Under the pieces are notes generated by a model. It saw nothing but the letters and a program-made list of their open reading frames with translations, did not search any database and was not told where the DNA came from. This document shows, piece by piece, positions 61,851-64,000 of a stretch of DNA of 64,000 bases. Where the stretch lies: positions 3,776,001 through 3,840,000 of the forward strand of contig OY970325.1 of the NCBI GenBank assembly GCA_963717145.1, in the 5' to 3' direction. How positions within the stretch are numbered: position 1 is the stretch's first letter; each line of letters starts with the position of its first letter. The stretch is from an uncultured Armatimonadetes bacterium (GTDB lineage Bacteria > Armatimonadota > UBA5829 > DTJY01). A program made the translations under genes and the position numbers.

Positions 61851-63887
61851 CTAGAGCGGCTTGATCTCCGTCACCCGGATGGTCGGATGCAGGCCGTCCG
61901 CATCCCGGTAGCACGAACTGATGCCGGTGATCCGCACGTAGGTCTCCCCACCGAGGCTCATCCCCTCCGCGAGGATCTTCGCGGTCTTGTCGAGTGCATA
62001 CCCGCCGCCGAGGTAGTTCAGCTTGCCCCAGGTCGTCACTAGCAGTCCGATGTTGTTCAGTCCGAGGCCGTCCACGACTCCGCACTGTCCCGCGCCGGTT
62101 GATGGATTGTAGAACCAACCACTTCCACCAATCGCCCGGCTGTTGATGAACACCGGCCGGATGCTCCCGGTCCCGGTCACCTCGACCGACGACGCCTCGA
62201 TGTACCGCTCGCCATCGGCGTTGGTCTTGAGGATGCCGGTCACGTTCACCTTGTCGCCCGCCTCGACTCCATGAGCCGCCTTCTCGACACGTACCCCGCA
62301 CGACCGGTCCTCCGCCTCGATGTAGAAGCACCCGTCGAATGCAGCGGTGACGATCATATCGGCAAGTTGAACAGGAATGCTGTTCGCCACCATCTTGGCT
62401 TCCTTGAGTACGCCAGCCACCCCCGAACACTCGTCCGCCCCGATATCGACCGTGCCATAGAGGATGCGGCTCTCGCCATCGATATCCTTGTCGGCCGGGT
62501 ACACTGCTTCATTCCGCCCGGCGTTGACGCATGGCGATGTTAGCTTGATGTGGTAGTCGCCGGCGGTTCGATCGCTGAAAAGGGGATCGACGGAGATGTC
62601 CCCGGCCCCGGCCGAGGCTAGGTAGTCATAACTCGCGTTACCGTACACACAGTTGTTGCGGAGTTCGGTTGGGCCGGCGTATACCCCTGAGGAGTTGAAA
62701 GCCACGATATTGTTCCACACCGACGAACCGCCCGTGGTGCGTATCCCGCCTCCGGTGGTTGAAGCATCGTTCTCGGCGATCGTGTTGTTGAAGATCCTTG
62801 CGGAGTGGTAAGCGCTGCAACATATACCGCCGCCATCATGTGCACTATTCCCGGAAATCCTATTATTGGCAATCAGAGAGGATCCAACAGAATACACGCC
62901 TCCACCGGAGTTCGCGCTGTTCTCAGTGATGACATTGCCAGTTACGGTGTCCACTCCGCAGTAAACTCCGCCACCCAGCGGGGCATTGTTCTGCGTGATG
63001 GTATTATCAGCAATGGTCGTGTGGGTCAGGTCGCCGGAATACACTCCACCCCCGGCACTCGCTGCGCTGTTCTCGGCAATGAGGTTATTCGTAATGGTGG
63101 CAGCGGACGCATAGCAGAATATCCCACCTCCGCGGGCCTGGGGGATCTCGAGAGAGGGCGCGGTGTTCCCCGTGATCGTGTTGCGCCTGATAGTAGGTGA
63201 CGAGCCCCTTCCGCAAAACACTCCACCACCGCTGCCTGTTGGCGTGCTGTTTTCTGTGATCACATTATCAGAAATGTCTGGCGAGCCACCCTCAGCGCAG
63301 TAGATCCCGCCGCCGTAGAGGGACGCGCTGTTCAAAGCAATCGTGTTGTTGGCGATAGTTGATGATGACGAGATCATGCAGGCGATGCCGCCGCCGTAGC
63401 CTGCCAAGTTCTCCGAGATCAAGTTGTTGATGATGGTCGGCGAGGAGCCGATGCAGAGGATGCCTCCACCGATCCCTGCTTTCCCGTTTCTGATTGTGAA
63501 CCCATCAATCCGCGTGGCGCTCGTCGCCCACCTGGGAGAGATTACCACCGAACCAGCTTGGTTGCCGTCCAGGATGGCAACGTTTGCGCTCCAGTCCCTC
63601 TCATCCTTTGCCATCTCCGTACCTACGAAGCCGCCGTACAGGCCGACGCCGAGTTTGAGGGTGATGTTCTCCACGTAAGTTCCTCGGGCAACCCAGACCT
63701 CGTCGCCCTCGGAAGCGGCGTCCAACCCGGCCTGGACGGTGTGGAACGCCCTGTCCCAGGACGCGCCGTCGAAGGTCGGGCCGGGGGAATCCCACTTGAC
63801 GTAGACGGTCTTCGCGGAACAGGGCAGGGCGGACGTGATGAGGAGCAGGACCGCGAGTACTGCAAAGCCGAATGCCGGGTGTTTCAT
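61851..63887 (-). CDS. Secreted right-handed beta-helix protein with conserved C-terminal module (no PHP insert)
   Basis: Signal peptide; DGASWDRAF.TVQAG, VWVARGTYVENITLKLGVGLYGGF, GGGIxC repeats, DIGADE and GLNNIGLLVTTWG. Confidence 0.82.
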   Translation of the reverse strand: MKHPAFGFAVLAVLLLITSALPCSAKTVYVKWDSPGPTFDGASWDRAFHTVQAGLDAASEGDEVWVARGTYVENITLKLGVGLYGGFVGTEMAKDERDWSANVAILDGNQAGSVVISPRWATSATRIDGFTIRNGKAGIGGGILCIGSSPTIINNLISENLAGYGGGIACMISSSSTIANNTIALNSASLYGGGIYCAEGGSPDISDNVITENSTPTGSGGGVFCGRGSSPTIRRNTITGNTAPSLEIPQARGGGIFCYASAATITNNLIAENSAASAGGGVYSGDLTHTTIADNTITQNNAPLGGGVYCGVDTVTGNVITENSANSGGGVYSVGSSLIANNRISGNSAHDGGGICCSAYHSARIFNNTIAENDASTTGGGIRTTGGSSVWNNIVAFNSSGVYAGPTELRNNCVYGNASYDYLASAGAGDISVDPLFSDRTAGDYHIKLTSPCVNAGRNEAVYPADKDIDGESRILYGTVDIGADECSGVAGVLKEAKMVANSIPVQLADMIVTAAFDGCFYIEAEDRSCGVRVEKAAHGVEAGDKVNVTGILKTNADGERYIEASSVEVTGTGSIRPVFINSRAIGGSGWFYNPSTGAGQCGVVDGLGLNNIGLLVTTWGKLNYLGGGYALDKTAKILAEGMSLGGETYVRITGISSCYRDADGLHPTIRVTEIKPL

Positions 63888-64000
63888 CTTCGATCCTCCC
63901 GATGGTGGCGCGCGTTCGGGGTTACGGGGCACAAACCATGCCCGAAAACCCCTCCTACAGACCGGGTACTGCGGGTCGGTAAGCTGACGTAAGCTAATCC

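Overview
GC-rich bacterial chromosomal segment. The lineage is probably Armatimonadota, inferred from the recurring 'GLNNIGLL' C-terminal domain, an H-X9-DG protein and a PEP-CTERM-like protein. Core genes are gyrB, a complete F1Fo atp operon, flgM, parB with an internal parS, and pcrA. Accessory genes include a sugar/polyol-phosphate operon, an ABC exporter, a glycan-degradation cluster (GH38, uronate isomerase, sulfatase, heparinase II/III-like), a CopB-type ATPase and several large secreted proteins. Non-coding elements are two c-di-GMP-I riboswitches, a perfect sigma28 promoter and at least eight families of REP/REPIN or short tandem repeats, one of them with its RAYT transposase. Four observations stand out. 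(1) Two tandem secreted beta-helix proteins carry a ~410-aa circularly permuted PHP metallohydrolase inserted at a site that is empty in a third homologue in the same window. (2) Four secreted proteins of two different architectures share a ~190-aa C-terminal module. (3) Palindromic repeats sit in-frame inside ogg and copB and supply start/stop codons to other genes. (4) There is a candidate CU-rich sRNA/attenuator. Six single-base frameshifts in five genes, one in essential atpD, point to assembly indel errors. All calls come from motif recognition by eye; no database searches were run.
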